Below, piece by piece: positions 49,351 to 59,680 of a stretch of DNA of 64,000 nt. Made by a program: the position numbers and the translations under genes. Each line of letters begins with the position of its first letter. Positions within the stretch are counted from its first letter, which is position 1. The notes under the pieces were generated by a model. It was not told the origin of the DNA, did not search any database, and saw only the letters and a program-made list of their open reading frames with translations. The stretch comes from a bacterium (GTDB lineage: Bacteria; UBA8248; JACPRG01; G963555815): positions 4,416,001 to 4,480,000 of the forward strand of contig OZ244653.1 of assembly GCA_965218795.1 (NCBI GenBank), given 5' to 3'.

Positions 49351-49568
49351 TGATCCTTCTCCTTTCCCGAGCCCTATAGGAAAATACCCTGAGTTCCACT
49401 GTCGATCAATCAAACCTGGTTTGCGGGAATGATCGCCCCCCGCGCGGTTGCGGGTGTCCTGATAAGATACGGTGGACCCTTCGGCCCGGACGATCCATGA
49501 TTTGAGCGCGCCTGTTCCCATCCTGGACCGGGGTTTTCCAAGTGCATCCAACTTGAGGAGAGGTCGCT

Positions 49569-50762
49569 ATGGCAATGAAAAAAATCTGCTTTCAGCCGGA
49601 CACGATGAAGTGGTTCAATCCATTACCCGCGTCACCGGCCGTGCGGGTCGACGATCTTCTCTTTACCTCCGGCCAAGCGGCGCTCGACGCCGATTTCCAA
49701 ACGGTATCACTCGGCGACGTGACGGCCCAGGCCCGGCACGCGTTCGAGGGAATCCGGCAATTGATCGAGATGGCGGACGGAACCCTGGATGACGTAGTGG
49801 AGCTCATGGTGTTCGTGAAGGATCCCCGGGACATGGATGTGATCCTCAACGTGGCCAGGGATTATTGGAAAGGGGATTATCCCGCCTGGACGATGGTGGG
49901 GAGTCTCGGGTTCCAAAAGAGCGGGAGTCTGGTGTGTATTCGAGCTATCGCGCATCTGGGCAAAGAGAAGAAAGAGTGTTTCACGCCGGACACGCTGAAA
50001 TGGTGGAGGGATTATCCCGTGTCGGCCGGCTGCAAGAAGGGCGAGCTTCTCTTCATCTCGGGACAGGTGGCGGCGGACGCGGACGGGATGATCGTGACGC
50101 CGGGCGACCATGCGGGACAGGCGCGTTTCGCCTTCAACCGGTTTCGGGAGATCGTCGAGATGGCCGGCGGAGAATTGGGGGACATCATCGATCTCATCTG
50201 TTTTTCCAGGGATCCGCGCGGCATGATTCCGGTGTGTGACACCTGGTGCAACGAATTCGTCAATGATTTGCCGTTTGAAGAGATTGCCGCGCTCACCGCC
50301 ATCGGTACGACAGGCTTGTACCATCGCGACATGATGGGCTCCCACCGGGCCATTGCGGATTTGACTCCGGGCAGACGGGTGGCCAAGACGCCTGCGAGCA
50401 TCTGGTGGAAAATTACGCCGATTTCGGGGGGAAGCAAGAAGGAGGGGGGCCGCTTGATCGGGCTGGCCGGTCAAGTCGCTTCGGACGGAGACGGCTTCAT
50501 CACGACGCCGGGAGACACACACGCGCAAGCCCGGTATGCGTTCAACCGCTTGAAGGAAGTTCTGGGGGAATTCGGAGCGACGATGAACAACATCGTTGAG
50601 GTGATCTCTTTCCATAAAGACCCCCGCGCATGGGAGACCGTCATGGAGGTCGGTCACGAGTTCTTCGACAAGGAGGAAGGTCCGGCGTGGACGCCCGTCG
50701 GTACGACAGGGTTGTTCAAGGAGGGATTTCTTCACGAGATTTACGCCGTGGCGGTGGTTTGA
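49569..50762 (+). CDS. Triple-domain Rid protein (PAWT-type, lacking the RidA catalytic Arg)
   Basis: Three repeats of TP.T.KW..P.S....L..SGQVA.D.DG...QAR.AF; PAWT in domains 1 and 3. Confidence 0.85.
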   Translation: MAMKKICFQPDTMKWFNPLPASPAVRVDDLLFTSGQAALDADFQTVSLGDVTAQARHAFEGIRQLIEMADGTLDDVVELMVFVKDPRDMDVILNVARDYWKGDYPAWTMVGSLGFQKSGSLVCIRAIAHLGKEKKECFTPDTLKWWRDYPVSAGCKKGELLFISGQVAADADGMIVTPGDHAGQARFAFNRFREIVEMAGGELGDIIDLICFSRDPRGMIPVCDTWCNEFVNDLPFEEIAALTAIGTTGLYHRDMMGSHRAIADLTPGRRVAKTPASIWWKITPISGGSKKEGGRLIGLAGQVASDGDGFITTPGDTHAQARYAFNRLKEVLGEFGATMNNIVEVISFHKDPRAWETVMEVGHEFFDKEEGPAWTPVGTTGLFKEGFLHEIYAVAVV

Positions 50763-51287
50763 TGGGAGGCCTTCTGCCGAATGCATTCGATTCGGTCGCA
50801 TGGAGGGGAGCTCACGCCTCCGGAGCTCAGCCCCGAAATACTGCTTGAACTGGAATGGGTGAATTGAATATACTCTGAGAGATATCCTGGAAATATTTTT
50901 CAAACGAACCCTCTTTTTCAGTTCGCTGGGGTGGCCGTATCCGGGACGACGATCATCCATATCCCGGAGCCGAATCCACCTGCTTCGTCCGGCGCCGGTC
51001 TAAACTTGGGCGTAGGGTTCTCACCGGCAAGGAAGCGTATGGAGAACGGGTTGAACGGCGCTGATGGATGGCCCTCAGTGCTCTGCTGCAGAATATGAAG
51101 TGTTGTTGACAGCGAATATGGCGGGGAGGGGCAAGTGAGTCTCATCCACAAAACAGACTGCAAGTTCAGTCTTGATGGTTGGCATGAAGGCGCCAGTCGT
51201 ATGCTTGGCGGCTGGCGCGATGGAAGCGTGAGGAGAAGCCTGGATAGCCGGTCATCATGAGTTCACCTGACGGAGGAAGGCGGCCCA

Positions 51288-53141
51288 ATGATCGTTAAAA
51301 GGTTCCAGAATGAAGAAGAGAAGAGCGCGCTCATCCTGCACACAGCCCGGCAGTGGGACAAGTCCAAGGGGTTCTACACCACGCCTCACATGCGGGATAA
51401 GTACTTCTACCCCCTGACGGACCCCCAGTGCGTGCCCGCGGCGGACGCCGCTCACATGCACGATTCCGATCACGTAGCGGGTATTCATCATAAGGGAATG
51501 GCCCGCGCCTACGCACTGTACATCATGGATTACTACCACCACCTCAACGACATCATTGCCGGAGACCCGCTCGTCTTCAGCACGTGAGAACGCTGCGGTA
51601 CGGGGAACGCGTTCAGCGGTCTGCTGAACAAGAATCGGATTCACTGGGGACATTGCGGCATCATCCTCGCCCAGGCGGGCGGACGGGATTTGGAGACAGA
51701 CAGCTACTGGTGGCCGTTGGAGGGCCTGTGCTACGACGGTCCGCTCAAGGATACCCTGCTCGATTCCATCCCGGTTGTTCATTGCACCTGGAAGGAATGG
51801 AAAGAGCGCCATCCGAACTCTGACGTCCTGGCGCCCCCGGACGACCCGAAGCATCGGGACCCCCGGGGCGGGCACGGCGCCGAAGAATATTGGGAGCGCC
51901 CCGGGATGGACCAGCTCTTCATCAACTCTCTCTATTCGGGCGACATGGACCGTCAGCTGGGGGAAGAGGTGATGGTCATGGGCGTCAACGTACCCGAGGG
52001 CGTCCGGGCCTACCCGGTGTCGGACGTGAAGCGGGAGGGCGGAGTGCTCAATGACGACCTCCACGGTTTCCCCCTCCTGGTGGTCTGCGGACCTGCCACG
52101 GACAGCATCTATACCGGAACCTTCGACCGGCGGGTGGGCGACCGAACGCTCGAATTCGAACCCGAGGGCGACAACCTGGTGGATAAACAGACCCGGACCG
52201 TATGGAATTCGGAAGGGCTGGCCACCGAAGGCGAATTGAAGGGGACGCAGCTTCAGCCCGTCCACAGCGGCCTGGGCCGGTGGCACACCTGGGTCTACCC
52301 CCACCCGCAGACCGAGCTGTGGAGATCCCGGAGAGAGGAAGCCCCCAATGTCGATCCCGGCACCTTCGGGCAGGCGATCGAAGGTCTCCGCGAGGCCCTC
52401 CACGAGGTGCGTATCGAGCGGGAAATCCTGAATCTTGAACGGCCGCTCGAGACCGACCGGGGACTGGTCCTCAGCATCGACGGGGACCCCTTCCTGTTCC
52501 ACCACTTCCAGAACCAGACGGCCGCGCGGGATTTCGCCCACTTCCACAACGCGCATCAACACAAAACCTGTATTCGGACGGGGCGCTACGTGCTGCAATC
52601 CAACCCGGAGCAGTTTGCGGACATCGCCACCAACGGCGCGCGCCTGCCGGATGATAAAATTCAGTGGTCCAAGATGGTCGAGAACGAGGATTTCGTGCGG
52701 CGGATCGAGCGGTCGACCGCACAGGAAGACCCGGGCGAGGACTATCCCGGTTTTGCGGAAATCGTGGAAGGGCTCAACGCCAAGGGCTACGACTGCTTCC
52801 CCGGGGCGCCCGAGTTGCACGCGGACATCACCCACTGGAGTCCTTGGGGAACGTTCGCCGGACTTCGGCCGGGCGAGCAGAACTGGTTCGTCGTTACGAT
52901 CGATACGAGTGATCCCTTTGAGATTCACCGGTTCGAGACCGCCGAAGCCGCGGAGGATTTCCACCGGTTTGCCAAGCATGCCTTGAGAATCGGCCGGTAC
53001 GTCTTTTACTCGACCCCTTTGAACAGATTTCATCTGCCCCGGTTCAGGATGGTGGATAAGCCCGATGAGAAGGTCGACTGGTCCGAGTTTCTGGAAGACG
53101 ACGAATTCAAGGAAGTTCTCCAAAGCATCATCGAGGGGTGA
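51288..53141 (+). CDS. DUF3179-like probable selenoprotein (Sec at 51585-51587, UxxC) with a duplicated C-terminal domain; 617 aa
   Basis: ORFs 51288..51587 and 51690..53141 are in one frame joined by a single TGA: ARAY...LND...PLVFST-U-ERC-GTGNAF...D.ETDSYW..LEG....GPL; TW.EW...HP; W..W...HP.T. Confidence 0.82.
51588..51620 (+). promoter_or_regulatory. Candidate bacterial SECIS hairpin
   Basis: GAACGC...GCGTTC or GCTG...CAGC stem with a G-rich loop (ACGGGGA) immediately 3' of the TGA. Confidence 0.55.
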
Positions 53142-53189
53142 AGCTGGCGGGGAAGGGGGCGTCGCGGAAATGTTCGCCGTGGGGGGAAA

Positions 53190-54182
53190 ATGAGCGCACC
53201 GACCAGATCCTCGGGTACGACGATTCGTTCCTTCGGGACCGTCCGGCCGATGGCTCAGCGCCTGTTGATCGGCGTCGGCGCCCTGCCGGCCGTCATTATC
53301 ATCCTGGGCGTGATCTTCTGGTATTTTCAGCCGAGGTTCCTGTCCCAGACCAATCTGATCAACGTCGCCCGCCAAGCCTCCTTTCTGGCCATCGTGGCCT
53401 GTGCCCAGATGTTTCCGATTCTTTCCGGCGGATTCGATCTGTCCGTGGGATCCATTTTTGCGCTCGTCAGCGTGATCATGGCCCAGCTGACCAAGGACGT
53501 CGGAATGACCTGGGGGATTACCGTTGCCTTGTTCTCGGCGGGTCTGGTCGGCCTCTTCAACGGGATGGTCATCTCGGCGTTTCGGGTGTCCCCCTTCGTC
53601 GTCACACTGGGGACCCTTTCGGCCGTCCGGGGGGTCGCCCTCATGCTGGCCAACGGACAGCCCGTGTTCGGACTGCCGAAGCACTTTTCGTTCCTCGGCG
53701 CGGGATATGTCGGTCCGATCCCGATCCCGATCATCATTGGCGCAGGCGTTTTCCTGATCGGCTACGTTCTGTTGCGATGGACCCGCTTCGGGCGGTATAT
53801 GTACGCTATTGGCGGAAACGAGGAAGCGGCTCGCATCTCCGGCATCCAGGTCAAGCGGTACACGACGCTGGCTTATGTCGTTTGCAGTCTTCTCGCCGGT
53901 GTCTCGGGTGTCGTTCTGAGCTCGCGTGTCCGATCCGGTCAGCCGACGCTGGGAGACGGGATGGAGCTGGATTCCATCGCGGCGGTGGTCATCGGGGGCG
54001 TGGCGCTCGGGGGAGGATCCGGAACGCTTCCCGGCGTCCTGTTCGGAACCCTCATCCTCAGCGTCATTCAGAACGGCTTGAACCTGATGAACGTTTCGAC
54101 GTTTACGCAGTATGTGGTGATCGGAATGATTATCACCTTGGCGGTCATTTTCGACCGCTTGCGTCACCCGGAGCGGCATTGA
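53190..54182 (+). CDS. Sugar-type ABC permease (RbsC-like)
   Basis: GGFDLSVGS, PFVVTLG, FGRYMYAIGGNEEAARISG, ELDSIAAVVIGG. Confidence 0.93.
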   Translation: MSAPTRSSGTTIRSFGTVRPMAQRLLIGVGALPAVIIILGVIFWYFQPRFLSQTNLINVARQASFLAIVACAQMFPILSGGFDLSVGSIFALVSVIMAQLTKDVGMTWGITVALFSAGLVGLFNGMVISAFRVSPFVVTLGTLSAVRGVALMLANGQPVFGLPKHFSFLGAGYVGPIPIPIIIGAGVFLIGYVLLRWTRFGRYMYAIGGNEEAARISGIQVKRYTTLAYVVCSLLAGVSGVVLSSRVRSGQPTLGDGMELDSIAAVVIGGVALGGGSGTLPGVLFGTLILSVIQNGLNLMNVSTFTQYVVIGMIITLAVIFDRLRHPERH

Positions 54183-54262
54183 CCGTGACGGGATGTCGGG
54201 AAAGGTCCGAAGGAACACAGCCCTGGAAAGGCAAGTCAACCCCAACTCAGAGGAGGCAGAAC

Positions 54263-55318
54263 ATGCTCAAGCCGAAAGCGAAGAATCTCTCCCGATGGGC
54301 CTGTCTGGCCGTTGCGCTGGGCTTTTTGTTCAGCGCGGCGTGGGTCGTCCCCGTTGCTCGAGCGGCGGATGATGTATGGCGTCCGAAGGGAGGAGCCGAC
54401 TGGGTCCGGCCCAAGGCCAAGAAGAAATATACGATTGGCGTCTTGATCCCGAGCCTGCAGGCTCAATATTGGGTCAATGTCGCCTACGGCGTCTTTGACG
54501 AAGCCAAACAGCTCGGCGTGAACCTCAAGTTCGCGGCGACGGCGAGCTATTCGCAATACGCCCGTCAGGCCAATTACATGGAAGACCTGATCGCCTCCGG
54601 CGTGGACGCCATCATCCTCGCTGCGGCCAGCAGCGACGCCCTGGTGGAGCCGACCAATCAGGCAATATCCAAGGGGATCAAGGTGATTCTCATGGTCCAG
54701 AACATCCGCAGCGACAATTGGACCGCGCGCGTGGTCAGCGATCACTATGAAATTGGCGAGCGGACCGCCAATGCCCTGGCCAAGTTCATGAAGGGAAATG
54801 GCAAGATCATCGCCTTGAACGGCCCCCCCGGTCAGGAATGGTCGATCGCCCGGCGCAAGGGGCTCGGTGACGTGCTGAAGAAAAACCCCTGCATGAAGCT
54901 GGTCGGCGAGCGGTGGATGGGCGTTTCCCGGGATGAGGGCCTCAAGCACACCGAGGACTTCCTCCAGGCCTTCCCCGACGTCGACGCGGTGTGGGCGGCT
55001 GTGGACATCGCGGCCGCGGGCGCCGTCGACGCCATTCAGGCGGCCAACATCAAGCGGAAAATCTGGATCTCCTCGGCCTCGGGGTCGCAGTTCGCGCTGG
55101 AAATGGTGAAAGACGGCCAAATGGACTACGACCTGGGCGAAGCGCCCATCTGGCTGGGCCGGTGGGCCATGGGAACGGCGGTCAAGGCCTTGAACGGTGA
55201 AAAACCCCCGAGGACAACCTTCGTGCCCTTCCCCGAATTCACCCGGGACAACATGAGTCAATGGCCTGACTTGACGAAGTCGGAATGGGCGCCCAAGGGT
55301 TGGAAAGTGCCCAGGTAG
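54263..55318 (+). CDS. Sugar-type periplasmic binding protein (RbsB/TorT-like)
   Basis: GAGGAGG RBS + ATG 54263; signal peptide; IGVLIP....YW..VAYG..DEA, GVDAIIL, GPPG..WS..R. Confidence 0.88.
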   Translation: MLKPKAKNLSRWACLAVALGFLFSAAWVVPVARAADDVWRPKGGADWVRPKAKKKYTIGVLIPSLQAQYWVNVAYGVFDEAKQLGVNLKFAATASYSQYARQANYMEDLIASGVDAIILAAASSDALVEPTNQAISKGIKVILMVQNIRSDNWTARVVSDHYEIGERTANALAKFMKGNGKIIALNGPPGQEWSIARRKGLGDVLKKNPCMKLVGERWMGVSRDEGLKHTEDFLQAFPDVDAVWAAVDIAAAGAVDAIQAANIKRKIWISSASGSQFALEMVKDGQMDYDLGEAPIWLGRWAMGTAVKALNGEKPPRTTFVPFPEFTRDNMSQWPDLTKSEWAPKGWKVPR

Positions 55319-55370
55319 GCTCAGGATTTCAAGGGGGTGGGAGGCTGGAGGGACAGAACCTCCAAACCTT

Positions 55371-55453
55371 CGGCTCTGCCGGATTCGTGCATCGATTGGC
55401 GGGAGGGGGCCTCCGGGCTCTCTCCCGTCCAATTCTGGGGATCCGGAGAGCCG
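55371..55453. terminator. Long intercistronic hairpin after the binding-protein gene
   Basis: CGGCTCT(G)CCGGAT / ATCCGGAGAGCCG outer stem enclosing a TTGGCGGGAGGGGGCC / GGCTCTCTCCCGTCCAA inner stem. Confidence 0.5.
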
Positions 55454-55543
55454 CCGATTCGTGTGTGATACGAAAGGGGCCATCCGCCCATTTCACTCGG
55501 AGGTTCGCGGTTCGTCTTTGACCGAGGACCGAAATGATCCCCC

Positions 55544-57073
55544 ATGGAAACGAAACTTCCCCCGCTTCTCCAATTGATAGACATTGTGAAGCGCTTTCCC
55601 GGCGTTCTCGCGTTGTCCGGCGTGAACTTCGAGCTGGAAGCGGGGGAGGTGCATGTCCTGCTGGGGGAGAATGGGGCCGGCAAGAGCACGCTCATCAAGA
55701 TCATCTCCGGCGTCTATACCCAGGACGAAGGCGAAATCTGGTTCAGCGGCGAGCCGGCGAAGATCGGAAATCCCCACCACGCCATGGACTACGGCGTGGC
55801 AACGATTTACCAGGAGTTCAGCCTGGTCCCCGACATGACAGTGGCGGAGAACATCTGTCTGGGGAAAGAGCCGAAACTGGGAAAGGTGTTCGTCAACCAG
55901 CGGGAGATCGTGAAGACAGCAAGGGGCGTTCTCGACAAACTGGGTCTCCCGCTGGACCCGTCCCGAAAGGCGCGGACGCTTCGCGTGGGCGAGCAGCAGA
56001 TGGTGGAGATTGCCAAGGCCCTGTCCATCGAGTCGAAGGTTCTGATTCTGGACGAGCCCACCGCCGCTCTCACGGACAGGGAGATCGAGCACCTCTTCGA
56101 GATCATCCAGGAATTGAAGCGGCACGGAGTCGGCATCATCTACATTTCCCACCGGCTGGAGGAAATCCAGCAGATTGGCGATCGGGTATCCGTCCTGAGA
56201 GATGGGCGGTACGTGGGAACCCGAAGGGTGGCGGAAACCAACACCGACGAGCTCATCGCCATGATCGTCGGAGTGGAAATCAAGGAAAAGTTTCCGAAGG
56301 AGCCGGTTCCCCCGGGTCAGGAGTTGTTGCGGGCCGAAGACCTCGCCTCACCGCCCGCATTTCAGGACGTCTCTTTTTCTCTGTTCGAAGGAGAGGTGCT
56401 GGGGTTTGCCGGGCTGTTGGGGGCCGGCCACAAGGAATTGATCCGAACCATGATCGGGCTCTCGCCCTATGCGGGCGGAACCCTCTTCATATCCGGAGAG
56501 CCGGTGAAGATCCGGCAACCCTCCGACGCCATTCAACGCGGCGTCACCTATCTGCCCGCGGACCGGAAAATCGAGGGCCTTGTCCTTCCCTTGGCCGTCA
56601 AGGACAACATATCGCTCTCCGGTCTCAGGCAGTTCGTGAGGGCCGGATTCCTCAATCTCAGGCAGGAACGGCAAACCGCGGACGGTTTTTTCGACCGCTT
56701 GGGAATCAAGGCCCCGAGTATCCAGACCCTGGTTCGATTTCTGTCCGGCGGAAATCAACAGAAAGTGGTCCTGGCGCGCTCGGTGTGCAGCCGAAGCCGG
56801 ATCTTCCTTTTTGACGAACCGACGCGGGGGATCGACGTCGGGGCCAAGGTCGAGATCTATCAGCTCATCAACGAGCTCGCCAAGCAGGGCGCGGGGGTGA
56901 TCCTGGTCTCCTCGGAACTTCCCGAGATCATCGGAATGTGCGACCGATTGCTCGTCATGCATGAAGGGAAGATCATCCGCGAGTTCTCGCGGGATGAGGC
57001 GACACAGGAGCGAGTCCTTCAATGCATCTTCAGCGAGAGCCCCCAGCCGGCGGATAGCGCCTTAGCCTTTTGA
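55544..57073 (+). CDS. Sugar ABC ATP-binding protein (RbsA-like, two domains)
   Basis: GENGAGKS, LDEPT, YISHRLEE, LSGGNQQK, DEPTRGIDVGAK. Confidence 0.95.
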   Translation: METKLPPLLQLIDIVKRFPGVLALSGVNFELEAGEVHVLLGENGAGKSTLIKIISGVYTQDEGEIWFSGEPAKIGNPHHAMDYGVATIYQEFSLVPDMTVAENICLGKEPKLGKVFVNQREIVKTARGVLDKLGLPLDPSRKARTLRVGEQQMVEIAKALSIESKVLILDEPTAALTDREIEHLFEIIQELKRHGVGIIYISHRLEEIQQIGDRVSVLRDGRYVGTRRVAETNTDELIAMIVGVEIKEKFPKEPVPPGQELLRAEDLASPPAFQDVSFSLFEGEVLGFAGLLGAGHKELIRTMIGLSPYAGGTLFISGEPVKIRQPSDAIQRGVTYLPADRKIEGLVLPLAVKDNISLSGLRQFVRAGFLNLRQERQTADGFFDRLGIKAPSIQTLVRFLSGGNQQKVVLARSVCSRSRIFLFDEPTRGIDVGAKVEIYQLINELAKQGAGVILVSSELPEIIGMCDRLLVMHEGKIIREFSRDEATQERVLQCIFSESPQPADSALAF

Positions 57074-57244
57074 TGAAGACATTTTGAGCTTGCGGGGGAG
57101 GGGGAGGCGTCAGCGCCGATACGGTCTTCCGGTTTCACCGGGCCTCTCTCATGGACGGTTTCACCGTCCGAATCCCACGATCCCCTGAACTGATCGGCAA
57201 GGTCCTTTTCCGCCTGACCCCGTTCGGCGAAAATTCGCCCCGGG

Positions 57245-59599
57245 TCATTCGGCCGGGTCCGTGCGCCCTTGCAGAACCCCCAGGATTCGCTCCGGTGTGA
57301 AGGGAAGGCTCTTGCACTGAATCCCGATGGCGTCGTAGACGGCGTTCGCGATGGCGGCGGCGGTCGGAGCCAGGCCGGGTTCGCCGACGCCTTTGGCGCC
57401 GAAGGGACCCTCGGGATGGGCTTCCTCGACAATCAGGGGGGTGAGCAGGGGCATATCGAGCGTTGACGGGATCTTGTAGTCAATCAGGTTGGGGTTCGAC
57501 ACGACGCCTTCCCGGACGTCCATCTCTTCAAACAGTGCAATTCCGAGTCCCTGTCCCAGGGCGCCCTCTATCTGCGCCGTGCAGCCATCGGGGTTGATCG
57601 CTTTCCCCACGTCGTGCGCCGCCGTCAGTCGGAGGAGCCGGACCTCGCCCGTGTCCTCGTCCACTTCGACCTCCGCGCCCTGTGCCGCAAACATCCAGAA
57701 TACGGCGGGCTTGGCCCCTTGCCCCGTTTCCAGGTCCAGAAGGGTCCCGTCGGCGGGCCGGAAGCTCCCTCGACCGAGGACGGCCCCCCCCACCAGCCGT
57801 CCGTCCGTCCCGTACACCCCCATGGCCACGTCAGCGAATGAGACGGATCGGTCCGGAACTCCATGCGGGAAGATCCGCCCGTTCTCGGCCACCAGGTCGT
57901 CGGGCGCAGCCTCCAGGGCCGCGGCGGCCGCCTCGAAGAGTTGGTGCTTGGCGTCTTCGGCGGCGCGGCGGACGGCATTCCCGTCAAAGAAGGTGGTCTT
58001 GCTGGCCGAGGTCTCCCAGCCGTAAGGGGTCATCCCGGTATCCGGATGCCCGACAGAAATTCGATTGGGATCGAGCCCGAGGGTCTCACCCGCGATCTGC
58101 CGAAGAATGGTATGGGCGCCCTGTCCATGTTCCACCGCGCTCGTGAGGAGAACGGCGCTGCCGTCTTCATTGATCTTGATGGCCGACTGGACTTGCGCGC
58201 CGGTGACCGTGAATTTCGACATGCACGCGACGCCCCGCCCTCTACGCCCTCCGCCGGTGGGGCATGTGTCGTCCCGATTTTCGAGCGCGTCGGTGGCCCG
58301 GCGGATGCATTCCTTCAGACCCACGCCCTCCAGCCGCTGCCCGGTGGGGGTCACGTCGCCCGTCTCCACCCCATTGCGGAGGCGGAGCTCCACGGGATCC
58401 ATCCCAATCTCCTGTGCGATCCGGTCCAGCTGGCCCTCATAGCCGAAGCACGTCTCCGGCACGCCGAAACCCCGGTAAGCGCCCGCCACGGGCTTGTTCG
58501 TATACACGCAATAGGAATCAATCCGGACATTGGGGATGCGATAAGGACCGGCCCCGGAATAGCCCGCATTCCGGGATACGAGAATCTCATAATCTCCGTA
58601 GGCCCCCGTGTCCCAAAGCATGCGAACCTGCCGGGCCGTGAAGTCTCCGTTTTGCTGGACCCCTGTCTTATAGGTCACGCGGACGGGTTGACGGACAAAT
58701 GTGGAGACGAATTCCTCCTCCCGCGTCATCTCGAGGCGGACGGGGTGATGGCCGCATTTCAGGGCCAGCGCCCCGGCCAGAGCTTCCACGATGCCGCTGA
58801 TCTTCCCGCCGAACGCGCCGCCGACATAGGTGCCGACGATCCGAACGTCGCTCTGCGGAAGCTTCAACCCTTTGGCGACCTGCTCGCGGGTCAGATAAAG
58901 ACCCTGCGTATTGCTCCAGACCGTCAGCTTTCCCTGGGGAGAGAACTGCGCGACGCAGGCATGGGGCTCCATGGGACAGTGCTGCACCATCGGGATGTTA
59001 AAAGTGTCCTCGAAGACCCGGTCCGATTGTCGGAACCCCTCTTCGACGTCTCCGCGCCGGAGCTTGAAGTGGTTGCAGATGTTCGTGCCGGGGATCGGTG
59101 AAAAAAGCTGTTGGTTGTATTCATACCGGCCGAGGTCGGGGTGGAGGAGAGTGGCTCCGGATATCATCGCCTCAGCCGTATCCAGAACCGGGGGGAGCTC
59201 TTCGAACTCGACCCGGATCCGATCCAGGGCCTCCATGGCCGTGTCCTGATCGGCAGCCGCCACGCCCGCCACCGCCTCGCCGGCGTAGCGCACGCAATCC
59301 ACGGCATAGATAGGCTGATCCGCCAGCATCATGCCCCACCGTGAATCGGGATAATCCCGTCCCGTGACAACGGCCTTCACGCCGGGAAGCTTCCTGGCCT
59401 GTTCGACGTCAATATCGAGGATGCGGGCGTGCGGGTGAGGACTCCGCAGTATCTTTGCCTGCAACATCCGGGGAAGGATGACATCGGTGCCATAGGTGGC
59501 CAGCCCGCAGGCCTTGTCGTAGCCGTCGCCCCGCTCGTAGGAAGCTCCAACCCAATTCGAATTCATCGGCCGTCCTCTCTTGCGTGCCGGATGAGTCAT
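57245..59599 (-). CDS. Xanthine dehydrogenase/CoxL-family molybdopterin-binding large subunit (alternative start 59566)
   Basis: LRSPHPHARI, HCPMEPH, GGAFGGK, YRGFG, HDVGKAINP, DYKIP, GAKGVGEPG. Confidence 0.93.
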   Translation of the reverse strand: MTHPARKRGRPMNSNWVGASYERGDGYDKACGLATYGTDVILPRMLQAKILRSPHPHARILDIDVEQARKLPGVKAVVTGRDYPDSRWGMMLADQPIYAVDCVRYAGEAVAGVAAADQDTAMEALDRIRVEFEELPPVLDTAEAMISGATLLHPDLGRYEYNQQLFSPIPGTNICNHFKLRRGDVEEGFRQSDRVFEDTFNIPMVQHCPMEPHACVAQFSPQGKLTVWSNTQGLYLTREQVAKGLKLPQSDVRIVGTYVGGAFGGKISGIVEALAGALALKCGHHPVRLEMTREEEFVSTFVRQPVRVTYKTGVQQNGDFTARQVRMLWDTGAYGDYEILVSRNAGYSGAGPYRIPNVRIDSYCVYTNKPVAGAYRGFGVPETCFGYEGQLDRIAQEIGMDPVELRLRNGVETGDVTPTGQRLEGVGLKECIRRATDALENRDDTCPTGGGRRGRGVACMSKFTVTGAQVQSAIKINEDGSAVLLTSAVEHGQGAHTILRQIAGETLGLDPNRISVGHPDTGMTPYGWETSASKTTFFDGNAVRRAAEDAKHQLFEAAAAALEAAPDDLVAENGRIFPHGVPDRSVSFADVAMGVYGTDGRLVGGAVLGRGSFRPADGTLLDLETGQGAKPAVFWMFAAQGAEVEVDEDTGEVRLLRLTAAHDVGKAINPDGCTAQIEGALGQGLGIALFEEMDVREGVVSNPNLIDYKIPSTLDMPLLTPLIVEEAHPEGPFGAKGVGEPGLAPTAAAIANAVYDAIGIQCKSLPFTPERILGVLQGRTDPAE

Positions 59600-59680
59600 G
59601 CGCTCCCCTCCCTTGAGAGGAGGCATTCGACCGGGAGCCGTAGAAGGATTCGGATGTCTCCCGAAATCAGAGGAGTCCGG

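Noticed and set aside
50763-51287. Possible riboswitch or ncRNA upstream of the selenoprotein operon
   Set aside because: Only a simple hairpin (~51189-51218) is visible; no recognisable aptamer consensus without an Rfam search.
51255-54245. 996-aa minus-strand ORF
   Set aside because: Antisense shadow of the selenoprotein and permease genes; no motifs, typical of high-GC codon bias.
53138-54262. N-terminal part of the 726-aa ORF (apparent giant SBP fusion)
   Set aside because: Off-frame overlap with the permease; the real SBP starts at 54263 with a strong RBS and signal peptide.
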